64,000 bases of DNA, taken from contig OX597830.1 in the NCBI GenBank assembly GCA_951406725.2, forward strand, positions 41,292,001-41,356,000, in the 5' to 3' direction. Every line of letters starts with the position of its first letter. Position 1 is the stretch's first letter. Made by a program: the position numbers and the translations under genes. Shown here piece by piece: positions 41,881 through 55,627 of this stretch. Below the pieces are notes generated by a model. The model worked only from the letters and a program-made list of their open reading frames with translations. It ran no database searches and was not told the origin of the DNA. The stretch is from Octopus vulgaris (lineage: Eukaryota).

Positions 41881-42443
41881 AGAGAGAGAGAGAGATACAC
41901 ACATGCATATATATACATATTTATGTACATACATACATATTATATGCTTACTTATATATATGTATGTATGTGTGTGTATATATACAAACATACATATCAT
42001 GATGATGCTGTACACATATATACACTCTCTCTAGTTATTGTAATTACTTTAAATTTCATAAAGTGATGTTTTATATTCAGCTGAAGTTAAATTCAGCCAT
42101 TAACTCATTCCATTAATTATTATTAAAACAAAAAGACAAAAACAAAAAAAATACCAGTTTTCCTTTTTACATCCTTTACAAGTAATAAATAACACAATTT
42201 CCTTGTAGTTTTATTCTTCAAATCTTTTCATTTTAAGCTTCTTTAAGTATTTCAGTTTTGAGAAAGTATAATGACTGCCTGCTTAGGATGATATAACAAT
42301 GAATTCAGAAATTAGTACAAAAAAATGTTAATAGTTTCTGCTATTGAATAGTTTTGTCATCTAATATTTTATTTTCTGATCCACCAGAGTGATGGACTAT
42401 TCCACAAAAATTTGTGGTTTTGATGTCATTCCAATTAAAACTT

Positions 42444-42477
<34 letters not shown>

Positions 42478-42751
42478 TGTTTCAGTTGGCAATGAACCAC
42501 AACAAACCCATACAAACAGTAAAGAAAAAAATCTGGATGTAAAATGATGATGGTAAGATGATGATGATGATGATGATGATGACGGCTAAAATAATAATAA
42601 TTATCATTTCTAACTTTCGCACAATGTCCCAAATTACATGATAGGTGTGCAGTATAATATGTGTGTGTGTGTTTATGTTGTTTTGAAATGGTGGATCCTG
42701 AAGCAGATATAGCTATAAATATTAGTGTGTTAATATTGATTAAAAAAAGTG

Positions 42752-42990
42752 GGGGCGCATGGCTTAGTGGTTAAGGTGTCAGCACCATGATCGTAAGATT
42801 GTGGTTTCGATTCCTGGACCGGGTGATGCGTTGTGTTCTTGAGCAAAACACTTCATTTCATGTTGCTCCAGTCCACTCAGCTGGCAAAAATGAGTAACGC
42901 TGTGATGGACTGGCCTCCCTTCCAGCTGGGGAACACATACGTCATAGAAACCGGGCCCATGAGCCTGGCTAGGCTTTAAAAGGGCGCATT
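42752..42990 (+). mobile_element. Young tRNA-derived SINE
   Basis: ggggcgcatggcttagtggttaagg A-box, ggtttcgattcc B-box, gttcttgagcaaaacactt core; CpG-rich. Confidence 0.75.
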
Positions 42991-43363
42991 TATTTTATTA
43001 TTATTATTAAAAAGCCTTTGAATAGAAAAAGTCAAAGGACATTCATAGGACACTATTATTTATAGCTTTATCTGCTTCAAGATCTACTATTCTAAAAAAT
43101 ATTTCACATACTCTTTAAGTTTATAAAATCTTACGATGTCAATTATATATCTATCTCTCTGTCTATCTATCTACATTATTGTCTCTGGTATTTGGTAGGT
43201 CTTTATTATTTCTATCAACCTATATGAAGATGGAAGCCAAAGTTGATGTCAACTGAATTGGAACATAGAACATAAATGGATGTACCTAAATTTTACTAGA
43301 CATTCCATCTAACACTCTGCTGTATCAGCCATTCACCACCCTCATAATAATAATAATAATAAT

Positions 43364-43528
43364 AAGAGGGAAAAGGTATAAAACCCAGTTTAATACAGCT
43401 CCAGAAAACAGTGTTATTAGGGACAGCTAGAATACTTAGGAGGGTTCTTGGCATCTAAGGTTACTTATTGTAGCCCAATGTTAGGAATTTTTCTTTTCCA
43501 ACAGTCTAATCTGTTGAGTGTGTATGAA
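43364..43528 (+). mobile_element. 5'-truncated R4/Dong-like (RLE) non-LTR retrotransposon 3' end in a (TAA)n tract
   Basis: Translates GIKPSLIQLQKTVLLGTARILRRVLGI* (stop 43456-43458), the LQKxxLLGTARILR C-terminus typical of R4/Dong; (TAA)n on both flanks. Confidence 0.8.
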
Positions 43529-43982
43529 ATAATAATAATGATGCTTTCAGATTTTGGTACAAGGCCAGCAATTTTGAGGGCGGGATTAAGTCAATTAGAT
43601 CAACCCCAGTGCTCAAATCGAGTCTGAAAGAATGAAAGGTAAAGACAACCCTAGTATTATTTGGATTCAGAACGTGAAGATGTACAAAATACTGTCGAGC
43701 AATTTGTCCGGGATGCTAACAAATCTGCTGGCTCAAACATAACAACAACAATCCTTTCTACTGAAGGCACAAGGCCTCAGATTTGTTAGAAGGGGACTAG
43801 TTGATTACATCGACCCTGAAAAGAGGAAAAGCAAAGTTGGCCTCAGCAGAATTTGAACTCAGAACGTAGCAACAGACAAAATACCGCTAAGCATTTACGT
43901 CCATTTACACTAACGATTCTGCCACCTAGCTACTTTCTTAATAATAATAAGAAGAAGAATGATGTTAATAATAATAATAATA

Positions 43983-44013
<31 letters not shown>

Positions 44014-44022
44014 TTATTATCA

Positions 44023-44056
<34 letters not shown>

Positions 44057-44440
44057 CATTGTTGTTGTTATTATTATTATGTCTTTTAACTGTATTTATG
44101 TTATTTATTTTTCTAAAGTTAGTATTTATCTGAAGGTCTTTGTGCAGCAGAGGGCATTTCAAATAGGCTACAATATAACACCAAGTGCATTATTAAGCAT
44201 TTAACTGAGGTGTGATCTAAAGTTATGTTTCTAAATATCAATATACAGGCACTCCTCACATTATGGAAACAAACACTAAGATTTTCATGAATGCAAAGTT
44301 CATAATTAGAAGCCTATATTTCTTTGACTTCCATTTTTACTTAATGTAGAGAAGTCTATGAAATTTTCAAGAACATAATACCTTTTTGTAATACAGGAAT
44401 GTATGCATTAGATATTATCATTATTATTATTATTATTATT

Positions 44441-45437
44441 GCTAGGATGCCAGACAAAATGCTTAATGGCATTTTGTCCATCTTAATGTTCTGAGCTGAA
44501 ATTCTGCTGAAGCCAATTTTGTCTTTTAACTTTTCAGGGTCAATAAAATAAGTACCAGTTATGCTCTGGGGTCAATGGAAGTGACTTACCATCCCCACTC
44601 CACCCCCGCCTGATATTTCTGACCCTGTGCCAAAATTTGAAACCATTGTTATTATTATTATTATTGAGGTGGCAAGTTGGCAGAGTTGTTAGCATGCCGA
44701 GCGAAATGTTTGATGGCATTTCGTTTGTCACTACATTCTGAGTTCAAATTTTGCTGAGGTCGACTTTGCCTTTCATCCATTCGGGGTTGATAAATTAAGT
44801 ACCAGTGAAGCACTGGGGTTGACTTAATCGACTGTTCCCCTCCCCACAAATTTCAGGCCTTTAGTAAAAAGGATTATTATTTTTATAAAAGCAGTGAGCT
44901 GGCAGAATCGTTAGCACACCAGGCAAAATGCTTAGTGGTAGTCCGTCTGGCTTTATGTTCTGAGTTCAAATTCCCCAACGTCGACTTTGATTATTATAGC
45001 TGATAGAATTGTTACTATGCTGGGGAAAATGCTTAATGGTATTTCATCTGTCTCTATGTTCTGAGTTCAAAATCCACTGAGGTTGACTTTGCCTTTCATC
45101 CATTCAGTATAAGTATCAGTTGCACACTGGGGTTGATGTAATCAACTTTCCCCCTCCCTCAAAATTTCAGGCCTTGTGCCTATAGCTGGAAAGATTATTC
45201 TTATTCTTCTTCTTATTATTAGGCAGCAAGCTGGCAGAATCGTCAGTACGCCGGGCGAAATGCTTAGCAGTATTTCGTCTCCCACTACATTCTGAGTTCA
45301 AATTCCGCTGAGGTCGACTTTGCCTTTCATCCTTTCGGAGTCATTAAATTAAGTACCAGTGAAACACTGGGGTCGATGTGAGCGACTATCCCCCTCCCTT
45401 CAAATTGCAGGCCTTGTGCTCATAGTAGAAAGGATTA
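44441..45437 (+). mobile_element. Cluster of five head-to-tail tRNA-derived SINEs (family A) separated by (TTA)n
   Basis: Repeated ggc.gtgagctggcagaatcgttagc...ctgagttcaaattccgccgaggtcgactttgcctttcatcctttcggggtcgataaa..agtacc, with A/B boxes and a Meta-domain-like core. Confidence 0.85.
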
Positions 45438-46697
45438 TTATTATTATTAAGTAGTAGTAGTTGTAGTAGTAGTGAGTTAAGGGTATTACAATGTCTTGTT
45501 TTTGTCCCTTGTAGCCCTAATAAAAATGAACATTAATAATCTGTTAATATGAACAGGGGTGGGCATCAATTCAGTTATAGACTTTCCATGCACTACAGGA
45601 ATTGGTTTTGTGCTTTGTCAATCAGTTGAAAACAGCACCAACTGTAATATTAATAATAATAATAACAACAACAACAATAATCTAAAGGACAACAATAAAG
45701 AATATATTTTTTTATTCTTCTTTCTCAACCAATTTATAAGAAATATTTCATGGTTTAAAAAAATGACAACATTTAATGCATTAACCATTGTTTTCTCAGA
45801 ACTTGATATTTTAGCATTTCATCTTCACTTTTGGTTTTTCTATGGGGAGGAGTTTCTTAATATAAGTTGGTCACATATATTTATATTTAGATTAGCTGCA
45901 TGTACATCATGCATTATGGATGGTATTTTTGAATTATTTTTATTTCCAAACAATTCTATTTTCCATGCCAACCAATGTACAATCTGTACAATCTTTTGTA
46001 TGTTTACTTGGTGAGGCTTTTCTCATCTCATCTTCAGCAAATATAGTCAAAGTTATGTTTTGCTGATGAGCTCAGAATAATTCCAAAACATGTCTGAAGT
46101 TGTCTCCCATACTTGCTCGAAAAATCTTTTAAAATATCAATAATATATATTCATTAATTAATACTGTTTTTTTTTTCTTTCCTCACTGTAATATAATTAT
46201 TTCTAGTCTTGTTAGCTTCCTTTTTAATGTACCATGCATTAAATATGCTAACACCAACTTATGTGTATCACGCAATATATTAAGTTATTTACTCCTTTCT
46301 CAGTACCAATATCATAGCAGTGTACTCTTTTTGTGCCCAAGCTTAGGGTTTAAGTGGAAATTTAATGTGTGGCCTTAAAGGAAAGGATGAATAATTTAAG
46401 ATGTATTGCAGTGATAATGATGGAGGTTAAATTAGTATTTTTTTAAATCAGTTGCTTGATATCTACATTATAAGGAACAGATAATTCATTACACATCCTC
46501 TGGGTGTATACATGCTTATTGATAGTGCTTTTTTTGTTTCTTTTTTACTGCTTATATATTTTTTTGTTTTTGTAGATCACAATTTGGAAAAACTATTGAA
46601 ACAGAATTCAGGTGCAGTGTGCATCATAGTATTATTTCTCTTAAGTAAACACTTTATTCGGCTTTAAAAGGAAGTCTTTAAATATAACCATTAGTTA

Positions 46698-46766
<69 letters not shown>

Positions 46767-46959
46767 ATATACATATATATAAGGGTGTGTTATTGGCTGG
46801 ATAATCCAGGAGACATGGATTGTAGCTAATTAGCTTTGTTATAAGTTTGATTCCAATAAAAAATTAATACCATCCCATATATTTAACTCCGAATGCTCAA
46901 TTTCAGCAGTCATTTTGAGAATTGCAAAAATAAAGAGTTACGTGGGTGAAGAATTATAA

Positions 46960-47190
46960 ATCAACCTGCATCATTCTAACTCAGAAGCAGGCTCTTCACT
47001 GAGGATCTGAACAAGTAGATGGCTCATGTTGGTCAGCCACATGCTACATGGTCTCAGCAGATGATAAGGTGTCTCACAGAGTTGGAGACTTGCTGGGACT
47101 ACTTGACAGGTCACCCAGGAGCACCTGGGAATATACCTACAAATGGTGAATGTAGCAAAATGCCTTCCACACCTCACCTCACCTGCATCA
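46960..47190 (+). mobile_element. Probable RTE-type LINE 3' fragment
   Basis: GC-richer island; HVGQPHATWSQQM resembles the RxxGRPxxxW C-terminal motif of RTE elements. Confidence 0.35.
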
Positions 47191-48487
47191 TTGGGAAAAT
47201 AGGATCATTTACTACCTTATTAACAGGTAATCAAGACCGTTATAGATAGTGTTTTATCAACTAATATTTATTGTGTGTATTGATTTGTAGATTATATCTG
47301 GTACTTCATAAATATCTCCCAGAATTTAGTGAATCTGTTCTAATAACTTCTATAGTTTCTTCATTGTTTAAATACATTCTTTCATATGAATTAAGATGAG
47401 ATTGCATGCTAATTATATTCAGAGCTCTTTGTTTTGTTTATTATTAGGTAACAACAGCAAATGCTAAAATATGCAATTTTATTTCTGTGTCATAAGTATA
47501 AGATAAATACTGCTGTATAAAAGCTACTGCTAAACTAAGCTGATTTTTTTTTTTTTTCTGCGCTACTGCCCCCTTCCCCAAACCTATCCCAGTGTGCCTT
47601 AGTGAGGAAATTATTACATGATGACCAAGTTTTATTGCACACAATCACACTAGCTTAAAAACCATCTTAAATTTCATCAAATAATGAAGAGATAAAACAA
47701 AACATGAAGTACTAAAAAATAATAATAATCTTTCATATACATGCAACAATTAAAAATACATACATCTAGATATTGTTTATTCATAAATAAATAAATCGGA
47801 GAGAATTTGCCAGCTACCTTTGATGAAATTTCAGGTTGGGAAGAGGAATGGATTGCATATCTTGAAAAATTAAAAGAATGTCCATAAACTAATAATTTTC
47901 CTTTTTTTTTTTTTCTGTTTATGATTTTATTATTAATATTGTTTTATTCTAAATTTTCCTATCTCTCTCTCTCTTTCTGTCTGTCTGTTTATCTATCTAA
48001 CTATCTATCTCTTGTCCATCTGCTTTGGAAATAATTCATGTATTTTGAAGAAGAAAAAGAAGAAAAATTAAATAATAAATAAATGAAATAAAGTGCTCAA
48101 AGTACTTACAGAAATACTGGCAAGAGTTTCTATAAAATTATACTTGGCGGTAAAAACTAATATTGGTAGCATTCTGTGTTGGTACCTCCACTGTGCTTAC
48201 TTCCCATGTTATTTAATCCTACATTACCATTTGTAGCTGCCAGATCTGCCTTGACTGGGGTTTCTCCACATTCTCCTTGCTTTGTATAATATTATCTCAT
48301 GCATTGTGGTATCTTTGAGGTAAAAAAAAGAGAAAAACAGGATTTTTTTTTTCACTGGAAGCCAACAACATGGTACACACCACCCTAAATAGCAACACAT
48401 GTATCTGTTTGTATTTGTATACATACAAAAGCACACATAACACACACACACACACACATAAAAACTGACAGAAGTAGTATGTATGTG

Positions 48488-48490
<3 letters not shown>

Positions 48491-48535
<45 letters not shown>

Positions 48536-48556
48536 TATGTGTAGACATACACATGC

Positions 48557-48589
<33 letters not shown>

Positions 48590-48658
48590 TATGTGTAGAC
48601 ATACACATGCATATATATATATATATATATTATACATATATATGTGTAGACATACACA

Positions 48659-48708
<50 letters not shown>

Positions 48709-48725
48709 TATATATATATAATATA
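48491..48725. repeat. Compound tandem repeat, 3 x [(TA)n-catatatatgtgtagacatacacatgca]
   Basis: tgtgtagacatacacatgca recurs at ~48538, ~48592 and ~48643. Confidence 0.9.
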
Positions 48726-49119
48726 TTATGCACACATAGACACATACACATATGTACCTGTATATTACAATAATTGCTCCCAGATGCAATAAGTGGCTTT
48801 GTTTATGGACAGAACAGAACCGCAAAGGGTTTCATTAAAGGCTACCAGAACACAGTGTAAGGTTTTGAATTCTCATACCTATTTGTATGTTTTATATTAA
48901 TGATTTTTGTGTGCACACAAATCTACATTAACATAATCCCACTCACTAACACCCCCACACCGACATCTACTCACTAACGCTCACAGATATAATCATATAT
49001 ACATATGTATGTATGTAAGGAATTTATAAATAGGGCCCTTATTATATTATATTTATGTACACACATATATATACATATATATATTTATATATATTCACAC
49101 ATGTATGTGCTTATGTATG

Positions 49120-49157
<38 letters not shown>

Positions 49158-49698
49158 AAAACACACATACATAAATACATACACATGTTCATTTATATAT
49201 ATATGTAGGTATGTATATATATATATATATATATATACATACACACACAAATATACTTATTCTTACAAATTTATATATACGTGTGTGTGTGTGTGCCAAG
49301 AATAATTGTATAAAAATTTAAAGCTTATAAATGATTAAAGTTTTTAATTTTTTTATGTATTTGCATTTTATGTGTAATTATGAGTTGTTATGTGTGTATA
49401 TATATATATAAACATATATATATATATGGAGATCTAACCCTTTTACCATTCTCTACAGGAATTTGGTCTTTTGTAATGGCGTTGTGGTATTTTGCCCAGA
49501 ATTTTTAATTTATCTAGAAGATACCTATTGTTGTATTTTAAACACTGTAAATTCTACTGTGTATATATGTATATATGAGTCAGTTTGTGTGTTTGTTAGT
49601 GTGCATGTGTGTGTGTGTATTCTTTATACAGGTTTAATTTTACCCTTCGGATACTACACACATTCATATATATATATATATATGTATATAATATATAT

Positions 49699-49730
<32 letters not shown>

Positions 49731-50111
49731 GTACACGTGTGTATGTGTGCATGTGTGTGTGAAGAGAATAAAAAATAGACATAACCTAAATAAAATCATT
49801 GCATATATAGTGTGTACAGATTATCACCAAACCTCTTTCGTACTGTTTCATTCTCTGCTTATAACTTCTGTTTCTTCTTCTTCTTCTTCTTCTTCTTCTG
49901 TCTCTCTCTCTCTCATTCTCTTCCTCTCTCTATCTATCTATCTATCTATCAATCCATCTATCTTTCCTTTTTTTACTTATAGGAAAGAGGAAGTAAAAAA
50001 AAAATATGTAAATAATAGTAAAATGATAAGACAATAACCTTGACGACGTTGATGATGATAATAAAGATGATGTTAATGCCGTTGATCATACATACGTATA
50101 TACATACATAT

Positions 50112-50176
<65 letters not shown>

Positions 50177-50665
50177 GAATATAAATGATTGATTTCCTTC
50201 TGTGTTCTCTCATTCCTTCTGTCAATGTTGATAGATAGCAAGCTGTGATTTCCTGGTCAAAGAACTGATTTTGTATTATATTGTTATCTCTCTCTTTGTT
50301 TAACAGACTTTATCCAAATTTCTCTTTCAATCAAGCCTGATCTGGGACTAAAACAAGAACAACAATAACAACAACAAGAATCTATTTTTATTTCTGTGGT
50401 ATCTATTTGCAGCTAAGTGGACTGAGCTTTTTTGAGAGTTAAATACAGAAGAGTATGCACAGCTGTTTCTCCAGTGTGGGTTTTGCTTCAAAAAATGTTA
50501 ACCTCTAGTTCATCTCAGAATAGACAAATAATACAACAAATATTAGTCTTGTTTTATTATTTCGAATCCAATTCATGTAGGGTCAGACCATCATTTATCT
50601 AACAATTATCATAACTAGGCACAAACAAGGCTTTGTGGTTAAAGTTTGTTTTCCAGCTACATGGT

Positions 50666-51000
50666 TTAACTCTTTCAAGCTGGGTGACACAAATAAAGTA
50701 CTCCTTACTTATATCACTTTAATGAGCAGTGATATATAATTCATACCGAAACTTAAAATTCTTTTCGCTATATGGTTGGTAGCTCAAAAAATGTACCACT
50801 TCATCAATCAGCCAATCAGAAACTATCCTTACACCTGGCAGCAATTTCTGTGACACAAATGGAATATTTATTCAGTTGGATCCATTTTGTGCCAAAAGTC
50901 AGTCGACAAAAAAACAAGAGTACAAATTTTTGTTATAAATTTTTGCCCTTCTAGAGTTTTTTTTTTTTTGGCCTATCTATCTTATCCCTGAAAGACTTAA
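50666..51000. mobile_element. TTAA-flanked MITE inserted in a SINE head
   Basis: TTAA CTCTTTCA ... TGAAAGAC TTAA; SINE sequence (tgtggttaaagtttg...acatggtt | ...ccattgtgcagcact) resumes after it. Confidence 0.6.
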
Positions 51001-51673
51001 GCCCCGAATCCATTGTGCAGCACTTTGTGGTGCTTGAGATTGTGCTACAATAGAAGTTGGCACTGCACTGCAGTCTTCTACGATAGCCCAAGGTTGACCA
51101 TATAAGTGGATTTGGTTTATGGAAACTGTAAAAAGTGTGTGTCTTTGTCTTGATATCATGCAATAGATGTAAGCAAGTGTCACAGTCATACAAGCAGTAT
51201 CCTTTATTTATTATCTTCTTTGAAAGCATATCCAACCTTGGAGAAACATTACCTTGCTTGTAAAACAGTTGAGAGTTGGTGACAGGAAAGGCATCCAGCT
51301 AGATATGTGCTTCAACGAATTCCATTTGATCCATACAAGCACTGGAAGAGTGGGAGTTGAATGGAGATGAGAAGATGATAATGATGGTGAACCTTTCCCA
51401 AAAAGGAAGAGTTTGATAAGTTTATTTGCCATGCAGGAGCTAAGGTTTAATGTTTCAAACTTTGCACTTCATCAGAGAATCAGTGAGTCTGAAAAAAAGA
51501 GAAAAAGAAAGTCATTGCTGCTTGGGTTCTATTGTCAAAGTCTCATTTGATTAATTATTGATTCCTAATGTTGGAGTAAGACCTCAAAATCAATTGGGGA
51601 GTATAATCTATAAGACAAATTCAGTATTTGGTTGGTATTTGTGTGTGTGTATATTATATATATATATATATAT

Positions 51674-52199
51674 AATAAAATATTAGGGAATAAATCCAAA
51701 CTTACAGGGAAAAATCAGATTTAGGATTGAATCCAATTTTATAGTAAAATATTATATTATATTAAATTAGAGATAAAACCACTATTAGGCAAATCATACA
51801 ATGAAAAACTTAAGCCAATACATAAGATTAATTAATTTATATTATTTAAATATATATCAAAATTATTAAAAAAGATAATTAGTATAACACTACGATCGTT
51901 TCATGGCTGTCCAATTCTTAAAATTTCGAGTTACAGTCATTCTTCAGGTGGTTTAAATATTTAACTTAGCGAGGTTTAATCGCTAAGTTAAATATTTAAA
52001 CCACCTGAAGAATGACTGTAACTCGAAATTTTAAGAATTGGACAGCCATGAAACGATCGTAGTGTTATACTAATTATCTTTTTTAATAATTTTGATATAT
52101 ATTTAAATAATATAAATTAATTAATCTTATGTATTGGCTTAAGTTTTTCATTGTATGATTTGCCTAATAGTGGTTTTATCTCTAATTTAATATAATATA
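51674..52199. mobile_element. Fold-back element with perfect 220-bp arms and a hammerhead motif in each arm; Penelope-like pLTR-derived
   Basis: 51753-51972 is the reverse complement of 51980-52199 (loop GGTTTAA); unpaired ~80-bp extension on the left; flanked by (TA)n on both sides. Confidence 0.85.
52002..52064 (+). ncRNA. Type I minimal hammerhead ribozyme motif (mirror copy on - strand at 51888-51950)
   Basis: CAC-CTGAAGA-ATGACTGT...ACAGCCAT-GAA-ACGATCGT-A-GTG: intact CUGANGA and GAAA core, helix I CAC/GTG, helix II 7 of 8 bp, palindromic helix III, GUA cleavage triplet. Confidence 0.8.
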
Positions 52200-52494
52200 T
52201 ATATATATGGGTGAGTGGACAGACAGGTAAATGCCACCAACTTCTTGTGCAGCCATCCAGTCCAAAAAATTTCTTCTTTTTAATGCATTGGGTGTTGCTG
52301 GAATGTCAATCTCACTTCTAATAACACCATGTCACCCATCTTGACCAATAGCAGCCCGGTTTCCAGTAACCATCTTGGATTTCCTGCATCTCAAGCCTAC
52401 AAAACTTTAAGCCATGTGGGGCTGAATCAAACTGTTTTAAATAATAATAATACTTATTATTATTATTTTTATTATTTTATACACACATACATTT

Positions 52495-52900
52495 CAGAGA
52501 ATAGAATAAAACAGGAGAATTTGTTTATCTTTTAATTATCGTAAATTTCATAATCTTTACGTGTGTTTCACTAGCCAAAACTAGTATGTCATGCAATAAT
52601 CATTATACAGATGATTGCTACATAACATTCAGATCTTCAGAAAAATTTTATAATTTAATCTACTATTATTTATTAGCATCAGTTAGTTAACTGTGCTAAG
52701 TAAGAACAGTCCTTAGTGCTGTTAACCAGTCAATGCTGGTAGAGAAGAATGGGTTAAATTACTAAATTTTTCGGAAGCTCTTAATGTGATTATGCAATTG
52801 CTTGTATAACTCTCACACTACATACTAGTTTTCACTAGTGAAACACATGTGATTTATGATGACATAATAAAAAGATAGACTAACTCCTCTGTTTCATTGT
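52495..52900. repeat. Diverged inverted repeat (fold-back remnant)
   Basis: gtgtgtttcactagccaaaactagtatgt (~52561) is the inverse of acatactagttttcactagtgaaacacat (~52820); outer arms also align. Confidence 0.6.
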
Positions 52901-53667
52901 GCTGTCAGATATCAATGCATTACACAAAAGTATATAATAGAAAATTACACAACAAAATATGTTTGATACTTGACTGGACTTTGGATATACATGGATCTAC
53001 ATGAAGTTCTAAGCATTGGTTAACCATTATGTTATTTCATTCAAAGTAATATATATCTTAGAGTTATTGCTTCTAGACACAGTGACTATAACAAAATAAG
53101 ACCTCTGACTTTTTGACCTAGAATTGTGTACCCAACCAAGAAGATTAACAATAAACTCTCTTGTCATTTCAAGTATTATTATTGACAAGCTTAGATAATT
53201 GTTACAGCTTTTTGACACCTAGTAGTATTTCTTCCAGCTATTTACATTCCGAGTTCAAATCCTGCTAAGGTTAACGCTGTTTTTCATTCTTTCAGGGTCC
53301 ACAATTTAAAGTGTCTGTCAAATACTGAGGTTGATGTAATCAACTAACCGTCACTCCCTCAAAAAGTTCCTGGGCTTTTTCCCAAGTCAGAAACCATTAT
53401 TATATCATGTTATATTACTTCCTTCACCTACATATGAATGACAAAATTGGTAGAACATCGAACAAAATATATTGTGGTTTTGAGTCATTTATTTAGTTCC
53501 AGGTTCAAATCATACTGAAATCTCTCCGGATTTCTTCCTTCCACATTCAGCAAAATAAGTTGTTAGGAGCCAATATATAGTTGATTACCTCCACTAATTA
53601 ATTGAAACATGTCGACTGTGTATTTGATGAGAACTATGACCACAAAATGGTTAAAAAGGTAGTTGAT

Positions 53668-53900
53668 TTAATCCTTCACTTAGTTTAACCCACCTAAGAA
53701 TGCCCCCGGTTCTGTGATGCAAATTTTATGTCTAATGTGATCGAAATTAAAACCTTCCATCAAGATTTCATGTTAATTTATGTCCCAAACTCCAACTTAA
53801 ATGATGACGAGGATATTTTACTGAATTTGTCATTATTTTCAAACTTAATTGAACCAAACACAGTGTTATTTCAGTAGAAATATGGTAATAAAAGGGTTAA
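53668..53900. mobile_element. TTAA-flanked MITE (related inverted partial copy at ~1507-1657)
   Basis: TTAA tccttc ... aaaggg TTAA; the right end is the reverse complement of ttaacccttttgttactatattt at 1507. Confidence 0.6.
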
Positions 53901-55187
53901 CACCATTGCATAGTATCTTGGGTACCTTTGGCAGAATTCTCCCTACTCCAAGTACTTAAACCAGGTTTCTGGTTTAAGGATACCTCCATTCATCCTACCT
54001 TCGACCTCAAAAGTCCCCTAAAGGGTCATAAGCTCTCCCTTACCTCCTGATTTAGCCCTCTCAGACCTAATCCCCTATGTCTAACTTTACCCTTCACCTG
54101 GGCTCCTGAATAAAAAGATGAATAGTTACACATACAGCTCAAGAGAAATGATTTCAGACAAACAAATGGATAGAATTAGCTGCATCTTCTTTTACTACAT
54201 GTTGTAGTAAAATTCCATTTTACTTGGAATCTGGCTGAAGATGATCTTTAACCTATTCTCACTTTAGCAAGAATACAGCACGACAGGGTTAAAGATAAAG
54301 AAAGAATTTCAAAAATAGACTGTTTTGACTTTATTGTTATTGAGAATGGTTTCCTGAAAATTGTATTATTTTAAGCATAGCTGTTTTCCAAGTTCTCCAT
54401 TTTTGTGATTTTTAAAAAAAAATCAGTTTCTTCTTTATTGAATTATGTATTTTGGTAAATATCTTAATGTTAAAAATTTAGTCATTTTTGTTTTGAATTG
54501 TTTCTTTGCATTTTTGTGTTTGTTTTTTTTTTCTGTTCTACAAGACCTGTATATGTTTGCAAATGTGTGTGTGTAAATGTGTTTTATTTTATATATTCAT
54601 ATTTGTTTATAGAAAATAGATAGATTAGATTATAATGGCAGTGCCCTGGCATGGCCACAGTCTACAGGCTTGAACAAGTAAAAGAGGTAGAAGAAGAGTA
54701 AGAGAAAATACATGGAAGAACTCTGGGTGCTGTGTACAACAAAATTACATTAGATAAAAGGTGACTCAGGGTTAGACAATACATCTGCATACGGGAGTGT
54801 GTATGTGTGTGTCTGTGTATACAGACATTCAGTTGCATATGTGCATGCACACACACAAACACATATGCAAAATAAAACATTTAAAAAGAAGCACTATGAT
54901 CCAGAAACAAAATGTGTACATGTTTAGATTATATATATGTATATATATATATATATAATCGTTTCTAGCACTGTTGTAGATATTCAATCCCAAACTAAGG
55001 TGAACTTATAAACAACAGTTTGTTGGTTTTGGTTTTCACCCATCATTACATTTACTTCATGCAATGATAGCAATCACAAAAACAATAAGAATAGACTGTA
55101 TATGCCATAAGACTTCTAACAGAAAAATGAAGACTGTAGTGGTGAAAGAAGGAGAACGGACTGTAACATTAGCAGTTAATACCCTAT

Positions 55188-55249
<62 letters not shown>

Positions 55250-55627
55250 ATATATATTAATTAAGCCCTTTGCTCCCTAAGGTGCATAGGCCATCAATGA
55301 ATTTTCTACACTGTTCTCAACTCTGAGCTGTCTTTCTTGAGAGAAGCCCTTTCTCACCTGGGTTATATTGGTTTTAGAATTTTTGTCACTGTTTCTCTAA
55401 TTTTGCTTTCTTTTCTAGATAGGGATATTGGTCCTACACAAATCTATTTTTACTTCTGGAATGAGGTGGTCCATATTCACTTGCCCAGCATGGAAAAGGC
55501 CCTAACAGTAGCTTGCAAAGCTTGCAATCAGTTGGCATAGCTCTGAGAGTCATTCAGGCACACAAGCAGCAACAATGCAAAAGAGATTGGATCTTGTATA
55601 TATATATATAGAGAGATAGATAGATGA

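Noticed and set aside
45559-46014. 151-aa ORF
   Set aside because: Non-ATG start, poly-N from an (AAT/AAC)n tract, AT-rich composition and no domain similarity.
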